This document shows, in pieces, positions 41,082-52,177 of a stretch of 64,000 bases of DNA. Origin of the DNA: an uncultured Chloroflexia bacterium (GTDB lineage: Bacteria > Chloroflexota > UBA6077 > JACCZL01); contig CAVXYC010000001.1 of assembly GCA_963765765.1 (NCBI GenBank), forward strand, positions 160,001 through 224,000, read 5' to 3'. A program made the position numbers and the translations under genes. The first letter of the stretch is position 1; each line of letters opens with the position of its first letter. The notes beneath the pieces were generated by a model that saw nothing but the letters and a program-made list of their open reading frames with translations, made no database searches and was not told the DNA's origin.

Positions 41082-41149
41082 GGACCCTTTGCAATGTCAG
41101 CGTACCTGAGGTCGCGCGGGCAGGCACACCCGATCTAGGATAAGGGCCC

Positions 41150-42403
41150 ATGGTCTCAGGACCCGCCTCCGCCGATCGGGAATTCACTGAACGTCTGCCT
41201 GAAGAGGTCACCGGTTGGCGCCGGGATGGCTTGATTACTGGGCCCCAGGCGCGGGCGATCATGATCCGCTACGGCCTGAGCTGGGCGGAGACCGACGAAA
41301 GCCGCCGACGAGGCAGACTTTCCAATGTGGTGATGACCCTGGGCGCCCTACTCACGGGCATCGGTGTCATTATCTTCGTGGCGTCAAATTGGGATCAGAT
41401 CGGCCGCGTTGCCCGAGTCGTTCTCCTCGTTGCCACGCTCGCTTCGGTGTACGCGGCAGCCGTCTGGGCCAATTGGCGTCAGCATCCGCTCCTGAGCGCC
41501 TCATTGGTGTTCCTCGGCAGTCTCATCTTTGGCGCCAACGTCTTCATCGTCGCCCAGACTTACCATGTCAACGCGGGAAGTCCGCAGCTTCTATTATTCT
41601 GGGCGGCTGGCGCTCTCGCGTCCGCTTACACCGCCGGCTCTCGTCCGTCGATGTATCTCGGCGTTCTTTGCCTGCTTCTCTGGTACGTCTTCCAGCTTGT
41701 GGACTGGGATACGTTCTCGCGCGGCTCAGAGGCAGCCGCACTGAGCGCGGCGGCATTTCTTCCTCTCGGTCTGCTCGGATTCAATCTGGGCGCTATTCAT
41801 CGCTCGTACCCAGGGCTTCGTCGCTTCGCCGGCGCGTTCGCCAACATCGGCGTCATCACCATGTTTATCGGGCTGCTGGCGTTCTCCTTCGCCGAGGTCT
41901 GGCGCAGCTTAGGCGCGGATTCCACTGAGAGAACATCCGGCGGCTCCTTCCAACCTATCCTCGCGGTCTACGTCGGGTTTTCAGTGGCGGCGCTCTTCAG
42001 CCTGGCGCTCGTGGCGATGCGACTTGGCGCTACTCGCCAGACCATGGTTCATGGGATGGGAGTGGTCTTGATCTGGCTCTCGAGCCTGCTGGTGGTCTTC
42101 CATCCCTTCGATTCGCCAGGTGCCTATGCCCTGGCGTTCAATTTGGTCCTACTGGCCACGGTGATCTGGGGGGTGGGCCTGGGGATCTGGATGCGTCAAG
42201 AGCCATTGATCAATCTCTCGCTGATCTTTTTCGCCCTGCAGGTGATGGCGCGCTACTTCGACTTCTTTTTCGCGTTGTTCGATCGATCGCTCGTCTTTAT
42301 TGGCGCTGGAGTGCTCCTTCTAGTTGGCGGCTGGATCATCGAGCGCTCACGGCGTGTATTGATTGCGCGGATGCTCGATGAAACAGAGCCGGCCGATGCC
42401 TAG
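41150..42403 (+). CDS. DUF2157 membrane protein
   Basis: WRRDGLIT, FVASNW, VAQTYH; paired with the GDYXXLXY gene. Confidence 0.85.
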   Translation: MVSGPASADREFTERLPEEVTGWRRDGLITGPQARAIMIRYGLSWAETDESRRRGRLSNVVMTLGALLTGIGVIIFVASNWDQIGRVARVVLLVATLASVYAAAVWANWRQHPLLSASLVFLGSLIFGANVFIVAQTYHVNAGSPQLLLFWAAGALASAYTAGSRPSMYLGVLCLLLWYVFQLVDWDTFSRGSEAAALSAAAFLPLGLLGFNLGAIHRSYPGLRRFAGAFANIGVITMFIGLLAFSFAEVWRSLGADSTERTSGGSFQPILAVYVGFSVAALFSLALVAMRLGATRQTMVHGMGVVLIWLSSLLVVFHPFDSPGAYALAFNLVLLATVIWGVGLGIWMRQEPLINLSLIFFALQVMARYFDFFFALFDRSLVFIGAGVLLLVGGWIIERSRRVLIARMLDETEPADA

Positions 42404-42902
42404 CACTATTGGCCGTCCGTTCATCATCGCGGCCCTCGTCCAGGTTGTCTCGATCATCGCGTTCGCCGGCGTTCGCGAGATGATGCTTCAAACTGGCCGC
42501 GAGTACGTTCTGGACACACGGCCGGTGGATCCGCGCGACATATTTCGCGGTGATTACGTGGTGCTGCGCTACGAGATCTCATCACTCAATTACTGCTGCT
42601 ATCAGGTGGGCGACACGATCTATGTGATGTTGGAAGAGCGCGACGGCGTCTGGCGCGCGGACGGCCACGAGCATCAGCCGCCCAACGACGCGCGTCCGTT
42701 CATCCGCGGCCAGGTGACGCGGATCGCGGCCGTCTCCGGCCGTCCCATTGAAGTCGAATACGGCATCGAGAGCTACTTCGTACCTGAGGGAGCTGGGCGG
42801 GATATAGAAGCCAGGATCCGTCAGGCCAATGGCCAGGTACGGGTTCGGATTGCCGTTGACCGATTCGGCGCCGCTGTCATCAAGGACTTGATCTTTCCGT
42901 AA
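42396..42902 (+). CDS. GDYXXLXY domain protein
   Basis: PVDPRDIFRGDYVVLRY, YGIESYFVPEG. Confidence 0.92.
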   Translation: MPSTIGRPFIIAALVQVVSIIAFAGVREMMLQTGREYVLDTRPVDPRDIFRGDYVVLRYEISSLNYCCYQVGDTIYVMLEERDGVWRADGHEHQPPNDARPFIRGQVTRIAAVSGRPIEVEYGIESYFVPEGAGRDIEARIRQANGQVRVRIAVDRFGAAVIKDLIFP

Positions 42903-42962
42903 CTCGAGACTTGCGCTCTTGCGCTCTAACAGTTCAGAGGTAGGGGAGCGAGGCGGTGTTCC

Positions 42963-43083
42963 TCGTAGCACGGGGGCTTGTCTCCTGTGCCTGGAGTATC
43001 GGACTGCCGATTTCGCGGTGTACGGCCCCGAGCTTGGTGGCTGCTCGCGCTCCAGGCACAGGAGACGAGCCCCCGTGCTACGA
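42963..43083. repeat. GTAG-type REP dyad, 34-bp arms
   Basis: tcgtagcacgggggcttgtctcctgtgcctggag and its reverse complement at 43050-43083 (1 mismatch). Confidence 0.88.
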
Positions 43084-43132
43084 CAATCGTCCGTGGATCG
43101 TCCCCGCAACTCTGAACACTTACACCGTCACT

Positions 43133-44040
43133 GGTAGTGTCAAGAAGCTTGTGTACTTTGGTGAGAAGGGACGATGCTCCAAGATGCATTCAGGTGGTGT
43201 AAGACGGCGTAGATGATCCGTTCACAGCTGGCGGTATTGCCAAAGCAGCTCATCGGCCGGGTCCACCGCCGCACCTCCCGAAAGCAGCGTTCGATGGCAT
43301 TCGTTGTGCGCGTTTCCTCCGATCCTCCACGGGGCACGCGTAGAACGTCAGCAGCTCCTCGAGATCGCGCTCCAGGCAGGCCACGGCCTTGGGCGCCTGA
43401 TCCTGCCACTCTTTCTTCAGGCGCGGAACCGTTGACCGGCGAGCTGGCGTGGTTGACGTGTGTCGGGCGAGAAAACTTGAAAGGGTAGATCGCGTTTTTC
43501 GACGCAACGGGAGCACGCTGAGACACGCCGCCTGAATCTTCCGCGGCAGCAGACTGGCCACGTTCCGCAGTTTGTGCGCCCAGCAGCGCTGGTGGGGCGC
43601 TTTGGGATAGACGATTCCGATGGCTGCGCCCAGCCCCGTCCCGCCGTCGGTGGCGATCAACCGTAGTGCAGTCCCCTCCAGTCCCCGCCGATGCAGGTCT
43701 TCCAGAAAGCTTTCCCACTCGGCCTGACTCTCGGACTTGGCCAGCTTGAAATCGATCAGCTGGCGCGTCCCATCGGCGCGGATGCCATACGCTACCAGGA
43801 CGAGCTTCTTCTGCATGCCGCGGGGTGCTTCACCTTCATCGTCACCCCGTCTAGCAGCAGGTACACCCAGTCATCGCCAACCCGCCGCCAGTGGTAGCCG
43901 CCCTCCTGATCCAAGGCCTTGGCGATCGTGGAGACCGTCTGGGCCGACGGCTGCCACCCCAGGACCGGGGCGAGCACGGCGCCCACCTGGCGCGTGGAGA
44001 CCGCGCGCAGGAACGCTTGAGCGGATGAGCACGTCGACCT
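43133..44040 (-). mobile_element. IS256-family remnant (5'-truncated, frameshifted)
   Basis: End ggtagtgtcaagaagcttgtgta; YLLLDG, ESQAEW, TDGG.GL, QRCWAHKLRN, RTTNAIER motifs. Confidence 0.85.
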
Positions 44041-45160
44041 CGTGCTAGCGCCGCTGAAACGGCCCCAGCACTTGGACGCTGGTTCGGCTCTACGGGCGCG
44101 GGGCTGGAAGATATCCAGGAGCACAGCTTCGGCACTCTCAGATAAGACACCTCCGAGTGTTCTTATCGATGTGACCCGAAGAAATTGCGGCATTTCTTCG
44201 AACGACCAACGGTTGAACAACGTTTCAAGTTCTAAATGGTGTTCCCATGCTGTTGCGACGGCACGGACACCAGTGCTACAAATCCGGTCATCGATGGTGC
44301 GGTCGAACCGAGGCCAGGAAACGTCAACTATCTTTACCACTAATCGCAGACCGTCGGAATTGCCGCGCCAATTCAAAGCTAAATATTCCAGTAGCCAGAG
44401 AACATAGGTGTATGAGGATTCGCGGCCGATGCGACTCTCAATTGCACTCAACAAGTCAGTTCCTAACGACCATCCCTCCTGAAGAGCTTCGATAGCAGCT
44501 TGACGAACTCTCATATGGCCGTCAGTTCGAACTACCTTTAGCAGAGCCGCGCCAACACGTTCGTTTCCGGACCACTCACGTTCTAACGCAGCAATTGCAC
44601 CGCGACGCACCGACTCCCTCCCGATCGGCCAGCGCTTCCAAAGCAAACTCCAACCGCTCATCCCGTGACCGCTGAGCTAGTCCCATTTGCCATCCAGCCA
44701 TACGTTCCCGTACTGAGCTTGCCGTGCGAAGTCGATCAATCACTTCCTTAGCAGCCACGGGGACTGGCACCAGGAGAACGGCCGCAGGAAAGGCCTTCAA
44801 ACCCCGGTCGACAAACTGCATCGACGATGTGCGGCGGCCAAGAGCGGCATGCTCGGCAATCGCTTCGACAAGCTCACCTAAGAGAGCAGAGGCGGCCTGT
44901 CGATCTTCAATTACTCCCGACTCCGAAAGACACTGCACGGCAAAAGAAAGGTTGACCGGAGGACCTGAGAGCCTCATATTTCTGAGATACTCGATCATTT
45001 CTGCGACAGGCGACTGTTTTCCGGAAAGCATGGCAACCAAGAGCAGTAATACCTCTTGCCAGTCGTCCCTTTGCCATCGCCGCCGAATCACCGACCGCTT
45101 CAACCATTCATAATCAGCCTTACGAGCATTGTCGGACAGTGCTTTCACTATGGCCACGCG
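44040..45160 (-). pseudogene. C-terminal HEAT-like repeat fragment of a probable NACHT/NLR-type protein
   Basis: Lower GC; RWQRDDWQEVLLLL and VR..AI.AL repeats in ORFs 44576-45157 and 43792-44661. Confidence 0.5.
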
Positions 45161-45409
45161 TTGTAATTCCTTTTGTTGACTTCTAATCTTCGAGCGGCAG
45201 GATACTGCTTCCTTTTCTTTTTCCCAATCTTCTAGAAGAATTCTTTCGCTCCACCGTCACTCGATTCGTTGACAGGGAGTCTGGACCTCCTAGACTGCCT
45301 TCAAGTCAAAACACACCCTAGTCAGTACCTCAGGCATCGAATCAGCGAGCCCCTGCTACTCAACCGCATGCTCAGCGTGCGTTGCAGGGCGAAGGAGACA
45401 CGGATTTCC

Positions 45410-46630
45410 ATGACGGTCTCACGACGCCAGTTCATGCACTGGCTTGGCCTTAGCTCTACTGGACTCATCGCCGCGGCCTGCTCCGCGCCCGCTCCAGCGG
45501 CTCCTACTGCCGCGCCAAAAGCGGCAGCCCCCACCAGCGCTCCGGCGGCGGCTCCACCGCCCACCACCGCTGCGGCTGTCGCGCCTGCGAGCGCCCCGCC
45601 CGCGGCCACAAAGGATTTCCAGGCGACCTGGGATGCGTTGGTTGACGCGGCCAAGAAAGAAGGCAAGCTCGCCGTTAACACCTTCCCCGGCACCGGCTAT
45701 CGTCAGGCAATCGACGTGTTCACAGAGCGGTATCCCGGCATTGCGATCGATCACACGAACATGATCGCGCGCGAAGTCGCGGCACGCGTGATTCCGGAGC
45801 AGAAGGCCGGTGTTTACGCCTTCGATGTGACGCAGATGCCCGCAACGACGGCCTTATCGGATCTACTGCCCGCTGGAGCGTGGGCGCCCATCAAACCGGC
45901 CATCATTCATCCAGACGTGTTGGACGACAAAAATTGGCGCGGAGGGTTCGAAGCCGGGTTGCTGGACAACAGCAAGCAGTTTGGCTACGGGTTCGCGCTG
46001 AATAAGAGCCAGAATTTCTGGATCAACACCGACCTCGTAAAATCGGGTGAGATTCGTCTCATCAAAGATCTGCTGGACCCCAAGTGGAAGGGCAAGATCG
46101 TCGTGATGGATCCCCGCTCCGGTGGTTTTACGGCGGGTCCACTTACGCCCGCCCGCAAAGTCTACGGCGACGAGTTTTTGAAATCGTTCCTGGTCGAACA
46201 GGAGCCCGTGATCACACGCGATCAGCGCCAGGCTACTGAGATGCTCATTCGTGGCGGTATGGCCATTGCCACCGGGCCCACAGAGATACTTATCGATGAC
46301 TTCAAAAACTCGGGCGTGGATGTGAAGGTCGACAAGGTCATGTTCCCTGATGCGACGACGCTCTCGGGGGGCTCGGTGTGGCTTTTCAAGAACGCTCCCA
46401 ATCCCAACGCTGCCAAGCTCTTCATCAATTGGCTTCTCTCGAAGGAGGGTCAGACCATCTGGAACGAGAAGGCGCTGGTGGAGAACAGCCGCCGTACCGA
46501 TGTAGCGCCGGTACTTCCGGAGCGCTATCCCACGGACGATGAGATCAAGACGATGACCTATGCCGACACAGAGATCGAAGTCGAGGAGATCGCGAAGACG
46601 CAGAGGCTGTCGACTGATCTGTTGAAGTAG
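45410..46630 (+). CDS. Extracellular solute-binding lipoprotein
   Basis: SRRQF signal, AAC lipobox, Ala/Pro linker, AAKKEGKL, DLLDPKWKG, APNPNAAKLFINWLLSKEGQ. Confidence 0.9.
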   Translation: MTVSRRQFMHWLGLSSTGLIAAACSAPAPAAPTAAPKAAAPTSAPAAAPPPTTAAAVAPASAPPAATKDFQATWDALVDAAKKEGKLAVNTFPGTGYRQAIDVFTERYPGIAIDHTNMIAREVAARVIPEQKAGVYAFDVTQMPATTALSDLLPAGAWAPIKPAIIHPDVLDDKNWRGGFEAGLLDNSKQFGYGFALNKSQNFWINTDLVKSGEIRLIKDLLDPKWKGKIVVMDPRSGGFTAGPLTPARKVYGDEFLKSFLVEQEPVITRDQRQATEMLIRGGMAIATGPTEILIDDFKNSGVDVKVDKVMFPDATTLSGGSVWLFKNAPNPNAAKLFINWLLSKEGQTIWNEKALVENSRRTDVAPVLPERYPTDDEIKTMTYADTEIEVEEIAKTQRLSTDLLK

Positions 46631-47003
46631 CTCAAGGGGGTGGCTGACCTCGTGTACTCCCACCCGAATTCTTCGCTCGTTCTGATTCGTCGTACGGCGG
46701 TGCGCGCAACGCTGTGAGTCGGCCCATGGACTGTCGGTGACCAAATTTACGACTGTTGTGCCCGAGAATCATGAGCCGACGGGCGCGGCATAAACGGCCC
46801 GCGGGCAGTCTGCCGGTGAGGAGCATTAGCTCCCCGTTTAGTGCGACCGAGCTTATTTTTGGTCCGCTCGATAGGATGCACGACCGGACTCATCGAGTGT
46901 GTCGATTTTGTAACGTCCGCTTCTTCGACTTGTTTGGCAATCAGAGACTAGACTGAGTCAGCGAATCGACGTCAGCCGTCGCGCAAATTTCAAGGAGAGT
47001 CCT

Positions 47004-47171
47004 GTGTCCACGCCTGTCTGTGCGAACTGCGGATTGCCGCTGTCCAGCCAGGTGTATCGCTCCGCGAACGGCACGGCGTACTGCTGTCGCGGATGTGCCG
47101 AACGCATACTCTGCCAATGTCGGTTGGCCGTACTCCACAGCGGCAGGATGACCAGTGTTGTTCTCAGCTGA
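47004..47171 (+). CDS. Small Cys-rich metal-binding (metallothionein-like) protein, absent from ORF track
   Basis: aaggaga RBS; MSTPVCANCGLPLSSQVYRSANGTAYCCRGCAERILCQCRL... Confidence 0.6.
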   Translation: MSTPVCANCGLPLSSQVYRSANGTAYCCRGCAERILCQCRLAVLHSGRMTSVVLS

Positions 47172-47588
47172 CAGGGGTGTTGTCATCTGGGCGCTTCCTG
47201 TCGGACGAGTCCAACGACATCCGCAGGGTGTGACGCTCACCAGAACGTCAATACGTACAAGCCGCGGTTGAAAAGTCTCCAATTGGCGCTGTCCGAGCGC
47301 ACGTTCGATGAGCGGCAACCTCTACATCACTCCCGTCGACATGAGCGCACTGCCTACCTACAGCAGCATTCCGGCTTCTCGGGGCACCTGAAATGGGCCG
47401 CCATCTCGATCAGGAGCACCTTGCCCTTCTAGGAGCTCTGGCATCGTGGCGGCAGAACGACGAGGATTGTCGGACAACTGCAGCATCCAAAAATCCGATG
47501 TGCTGATGATATGTGCAAAGTTGCTCATGTCGAATGTCGGCCTGGCGGTGATACTCAAGGGGCGGAACTCCAGCAGCCAAGGATCACA

Positions 47589-48027
47589 ATGTCCAGCATC
47601 CACTCCCAGACGGTAGTCGTTGTGGAGTCCAACCCGACAGTTCTCGAGCTCTACACGCAGGCTCTGGCCCATCGCCGGGTACGTGACCATTCCCTGTGCG
47701 AATGACGCCCAGGCGATCGACGTACTCCACCAAGAGGTTCCGGCGCTACTGGTCCTCAATCCCGGCCCGCGAGGCGTTCCGACAGGCGACGTTGTTCACC
47801 TCGTCCAGCGTGACCCACGGCTCGTCGATGTTCCAATTCTGATTGGCTCGACCTCCCCGCGACCCATCGATCGCTCGCCCATAGGGCCTCGCTCGCGGTC
47901 ATGGGGAACGATCGCCAAACCGTTCGACCTGCCGTTGCTACTGGACGTCGTCGACTCGCTCGCGCGGCGATCTGTGGCGGCTGGTCCAGGGAGTGAACGG
48001 ACGGCGCCGGCGGCGCTCAGCGCTTAA
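47589..48027 (+). CDS. Atypical single-domain response regulator receiver (frameshift near 47670)
   Basis: VVVVES, PALLVLN (Asn at the usual Asp), DVPILIGS, IAKPFD. Confidence 0.65.
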
Positions 48028-48323
48028 GTTTCTGGATTGAGCGACCCTGATGGTCGCTGGCAAGCTCACTCACAACCCCACGATATCGAGTCAGCTGAAT
48101 AGCCAGGATACGCGCCAATCACCTGCGCAGTGTTTCCGACCCAGCGTCTCGACCGCTACTGTTTGGCTGAAGAACGTCCCCTATCACTGAGGCATTGGCC
48201 GTACATCAGCGCTCCTTTGATTTGGAGCTGTCTCGCGTTGGCCGATCGCCCTTAACTCTCTGCGAAGAGCTGCCTCGTCGATTTCCGCTCACTTCGATTG
48301 AATCGTTACAAGCGAGAACGACT

Positions 48324-49346
48324 TCAGGAATGAAGCGCCCGTCCCAGGGCATCCATGCAGTCCCGCATGAGCATTCTTCCCGATGTCGTGGGCGCGTTCA
48401 TAAACCCATGGGTTGCTCTGGGATACACCCGTAGCTCCGTCGCGACTCCTGAGCGCAAGAGACGTCGCGCGTACTCGATGTCTTCATCCAGAAAGAGGTC
48501 CAGAGTACCGACTCCAATGAACGTTGGCGGAAGCCCCGTTAGATCCTGAGCCCGAGCGGCCGCCGCATAGGGCGGCACGTCCGTGCCACCGGGTTCCTGG
48601 CCGAGTAGGGCGGCCCATCCTAACGCGTTGTACTCGCGGGTCCAGACGAACTCGCCAACATAGGGATTGAGATCCGTTGCCGTGACGGTGCGATCGTCCA
48701 GCATCGGGTAGATGAGCAATTGGAAGACGGGCAGTACCGCGCCACGGTCGCGAGTGAGTAACGCCAGGTTGGCGGCTAGACCTCCCCCCGCACTATCGCC
48801 TCCGATGGCGAGACGGTTGGAGTCCACTCCGAGAGTCGCCGAATTCTCGCGGAGCCAGCTGAGGGCAGCGAAGCAATCCTCCACGGGGCCGGGATGCTGG
48901 GTCTCGGGCGCCGGGCGATAGTCCACTGAGATCGCGGCACACCGGATGGTGTGGGCGATGCGATGAAGGAACGGGTCGGTCTCGTACGCCCGCCCGAGGA
49001 TGTATCCACCGCCATGTAGCCAGAGCAAGGCCGGTAAGGGCTCAGGAGCGGCCTTCGGTCGATAGATGACGATCCGAACATCGGGCGCGCCGTCCGGCCC
49101 CGGAATGCGCCGCGTGGTGACTTCAATATCGGGATAGGCTGAAGCGTCCGCTGCCATGGGATCGGATGCCTCGTTGTCGCTGGCTCGTATCCCAGGAAGC
49201 CGCTCGCGCATGATTGAAACCTTGGCAAGCACGCCCGCATCACCGGTCTTCAACTGGGATACCAGCTCCCTAAAGGACCGTGGCGGGGCGAAATCTTCCA
49301 GGTGCGGCAGGAGCTCGGGGTCCACAAGGTGTCTTGTGTTCATCAC
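48324..49346 (-). CDS. Alpha/beta hydrolase (HSL family esterase)
   Basis: HGGGY, GDSAGG, YPMLDDR, HGF. Confidence 0.93.
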   Translation of the reverse strand: MMNTRHLVDPELLPHLEDFAPPRSFRELVSQLKTGDAGVLAKVSIMRERLPGIRASDNEASDPMAADASAYPDIEVTTRRIPGPDGAPDVRIVIYRPKAAPEPLPALLWLHGGGYILGRAYETDPFLHRIAHTIRCAAISVDYRPAPETQHPGPVEDCFAALSWLRENSATLGVDSNRLAIGGDSAGGGLAANLALLTRDRGAVLPVFQLLIYPMLDDRTVTATDLNPYVGEFVWTREYNALGWAALLGQEPGGTDVPPYAAAARAQDLTGLPPTFIGVGTLDLFLDEDIEYARRLLRSGVATELRVYPRATHGFMNAPTTSGRMLMRDCMDALGRALHS

Positions 49347-49429
49347 AGGGAGACTGGCACCTGAGTGGCGTGGCGTCGAGCGCCTAATGGAGCCAGGTCG
49401 GCTAGCGGGTAGTCAGCCACGATCAGCGG

Positions 49430-50464
49430 TTAGGAGAAGGTCCTTCCATGGTCTACGCGGATGTGGGCCATGAAGCGAGACTCTGGATCAGGAGATTCAT
49501 CGTCTAACGAATCACCATACGCCGATAGCGCGCCTGCGCCAGCTCGAAGACCCCGTAGGCCATCAGACCAACCGCCGCGATCAAGAAGAAGCCATGGACC
49601 GAACGGCTGGTCCGCCAGGATCGTCAGAGCTCCGCCGAATCCCCGCGCCTGACCTGGATCTCCGGCGAGACCGGCGAGGATCAGGAACACGCCGACGATG
49701 AGAAATACGACCGCACGAGCCGCGTATCCGAAGCGACCCAGGCCCACGAGGAAGGACTGCAGGGACGGGGGCATATCGTTGCCCGTGAGATTTCGACGAA
49801 ACTCCGCTCGGTATGCACAGTAGGCCTGTCCCGCGGCCACGCCCAGCACCACCAGGCCGCCAACCAGGACCAGCGCCTGACCAAAGGATGCGTTCAGCAG
49901 CCGCGCCGTCCACTCCTGCGCTACGTCGTGCTCCGCTGCCCCACGGACGCCGAGAGTGAGCTGGAGCGCAGAGAGAGCCAGACTCAGGTAAACGATTCCG
50001 CTACCGGCAAATCCGGCGCGCGCCAGGAGCCCGCCAGGCTTCGTTCCCTTCGCCTCGGTATCTCGAATGGCCTGAACGAAGCGCCAAACCGCATAGCCAA
50101 TCAGTCCCGCGGCCATCACGCCCAGAAGGAGCTGCCCGAACGACGCTTCCAGGATCCAGACCAGGACCCCTTCGGGATCGGTAGCTGCCCCGCCAATTCC
50201 CAACGCCGCCTGCGCCGCCAAGAGTCCGACTGTCGCGTAGACACCGCCGTGCGCTGCGTGACCTACTCGGCCAAGTGCTTCCACCCACGGCGCGCTCTCT
50301 TGCACCGCCTTCCGAGTATGGGCTTCGATTTCTTCCGCCGATGACATGGCCGGCGGAAGCCGATGCTCGTGGATCATACGCAGTGGCAAGCGCACCGAGC
50401 GTGCCACAAACTGCGCATGCTCGGACATGGCGAGCTGGGCACCGTCGCTGTACGCAACAATCAC
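49430..50464 (-). CDS. DUF1206 membrane protein
   Basis: Repeated GR.G.AA.G.V motif, QPFGPWLL; C-terminal frameshift likely. Confidence 0.8.
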   Translation of the reverse strand: MIVAYSDGAQLAMSEHAQFVARSVRLPLRMIHEHRLPPAMSSAEEIEAHTRKAVQESAPWVEALGRVGHAAHGGVYATVGLLAAQAALGIGGAATDPEGVLVWILEASFGQLLLGVMAAGLIGYAVWRFVQAIRDTEAKGTKPGGLLARAGFAGSGIVYLSLALSALQLTLGVRGAAEHDVAQEWTARLLNASFGQALVLVGGLVVLGVAAGQAYCAYRAEFRRNLTGNDMPPSLQSFLVGLGRFGYAARAVVFLIVGVFLILAGLAGDPGQARGFGGALTILADQPFGPWLLLDRGGWSDGLRGLRAGAGALSAYGDSLDDESPDPESRFMAHIRVDHGRTFS

Positions 50465-50585
50465 AGGTACGGGCTCCTGGACCTGGTGAAGCGTCGAGAA
50501 ACAGCGGTGACCTTCGTGGACAGATGGGTCTAGACTTACGGTGGTGTCAGCCGCTTTGACAACGAAAAGGGGCGAGGTCGACAGC

Positions 50586-50942
50586 GTGAGACGAGACGAG
50601 GTTCTCGATCTGTGCGGCAGCTTCCCAGGGGCCGTCGAGGACTACCCCTTCGGCGGCGGTGTTGCCGTATTCAAAGTCGAAGGACGTATGTTCGCGCTCG
50701 TGATGCTCGATGAGGATCCGGGCCGCGTGAACCTCAAGTGCGATCCGGACCTTGCGCTCGAGCTGCGCGCCAGGTTCCCCGCGGTCAGCCCCGGCTACCA
50801 CGCGAACAAGCGCCACTGGAACACCGTGGAGCTGGACGGCTCCATTGAAAGAGACGAGCTTGAAGAGATGATCGACCACTCGTATGAGCTCGTTGTGAGC
50901 AAGCTCTCCCGAGCCGCACGAGCCCGATTTTCAGGCGACTGA
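50586..50942 (+). CDS. MmcQ/YjbR family DNA-binding protein
   Basis: EDYPFG, FKVEGRMFA, NLKCDP, PGYHANKRHWNTV. Confidence 0.92.
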   Translation: MRRDEVLDLCGSFPGAVEDYPFGGGVAVFKVEGRMFALVMLDEDPGRVNLKCDPDLALELRARFPAVSPGYHANKRHWNTVELDGSIERDELEEMIDHSYELVVSKLSRAARARFSGD

Positions 50943-51002
50943 TCGAGCGAACGGAGCCCTTGCGGCTAGTCGTCGGATCCTGTCAGGGTCGACAGCACCA
51001 GG

Positions 51003-51663
51003 TTAGGCCGCGTACCAGAGAACCGCGACAACGTGACAGGTGGTTCCCGCGACAACGAACAGGTGCCACACGAGGTGAAAATACCTGATTCGCTCGAACA
51101 TAAAGAAGACTACACCCGCGGTGTACGCAATGCCGCCGGCAAGGAGCCAGAAGAGTCCCCACTTCGGCACCAGAGTCCACACGGTGTCGGCCGCGATGAG
51201 AGCCAGCCAGCCCATAGCGAGATAGAGCATGGTAGAGACGATCGTCGCGCGAGCGCCGCCGATGATCTTCAGCGCCGTACCAACGACTGCCAGCCCCCAC
51301 ACGAGGCCGAACAGCGTCCATCCCCAGGTGCCGCTCAGCACCCCGAGCGTGAACGGCGTGTAGGTCCCGGCAATTAAGAGATAAATTGCCGAATGGTCGA
51401 GAAGCTCAAATAAGTCTTTTGCCCGGCCAGGGCGGTAACGCGTGAAAGATCGTGGATGTGAGATACATCAGCACCATGGCGGTCGCGAAAATGCTCGCGC
51501 CAACGATTCCCGTTACGTCTCCGCGCTGCTGTGCACCTGCGATGAGAATCGGGGCCGTTGCCAACGCCGCCAGCAGGCCAAGGCCATGGCTGACGCTATT
51601 GGCGATCTCCTCTCCGAGAGACTGTAGCCGCACGTCCGACCCCGCCACATTGACCATCTTCAT
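51003..51663 (-). CDS. Hemolysin III / PAQR family membrane protein (frameshift near 51410)
   Basis: EEIANSVSHG, STIFHA, YLAMGW, HLVWHLFV. Confidence 0.9.
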
Positions 51664-51988
51664 GTTCTCGCTCTATTCCCGATGGTCACCCTTGTCGCCC
51701 TGGCCCTTCCGTACATTGGTCTTCGCCTTCTGATCATTCTGTATCTGCTTATACTCGCAGATACAGTGCCGAACGCTCACGCTCCGCATCAGCGAGATAT
51801 CCGCTGGGTGATTCCGTGGGACTGTCATGACAAACCGAATTGCCGCTAGCGGCCACGCGTCGACTCTCAGGTAGCTCGAACTAGCCACGAAGCAGGGCTA
51901 CCATCACGGCCTCCAGCCCGGCGTGGCAGTGGCACCCTCGCAGGAACACACAGCCCACCGTCAGCTCTCCTAACCGCGCCAGTGGACC

Positions 51989-52110
51989 TTGTCATGCCGA
52001 GGGACGAGGCATCTCCCGGACATCGGATTACGCGGGATCGAAGTGGCCCCGGTGGCTTCGCTTCAGGGTCGTCGATGTCCGTGAGGCGCCTCGTCCCTCG
52101 GCATGACAAA
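51989..52110. repeat. GTCAT-type REP-like inverted pair
   Basis: ttgtcatgccgagggacgaggcatctc ... gaggcgcctcgtccctcggcatgacaa. Confidence 0.8.
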
Positions 52111-52177
52111 GCTACCTGGAATCGAACACTGATACCGCTGTTCTTAGCATGGTGGTGCGCCGAGCGCATGGAGTGCC

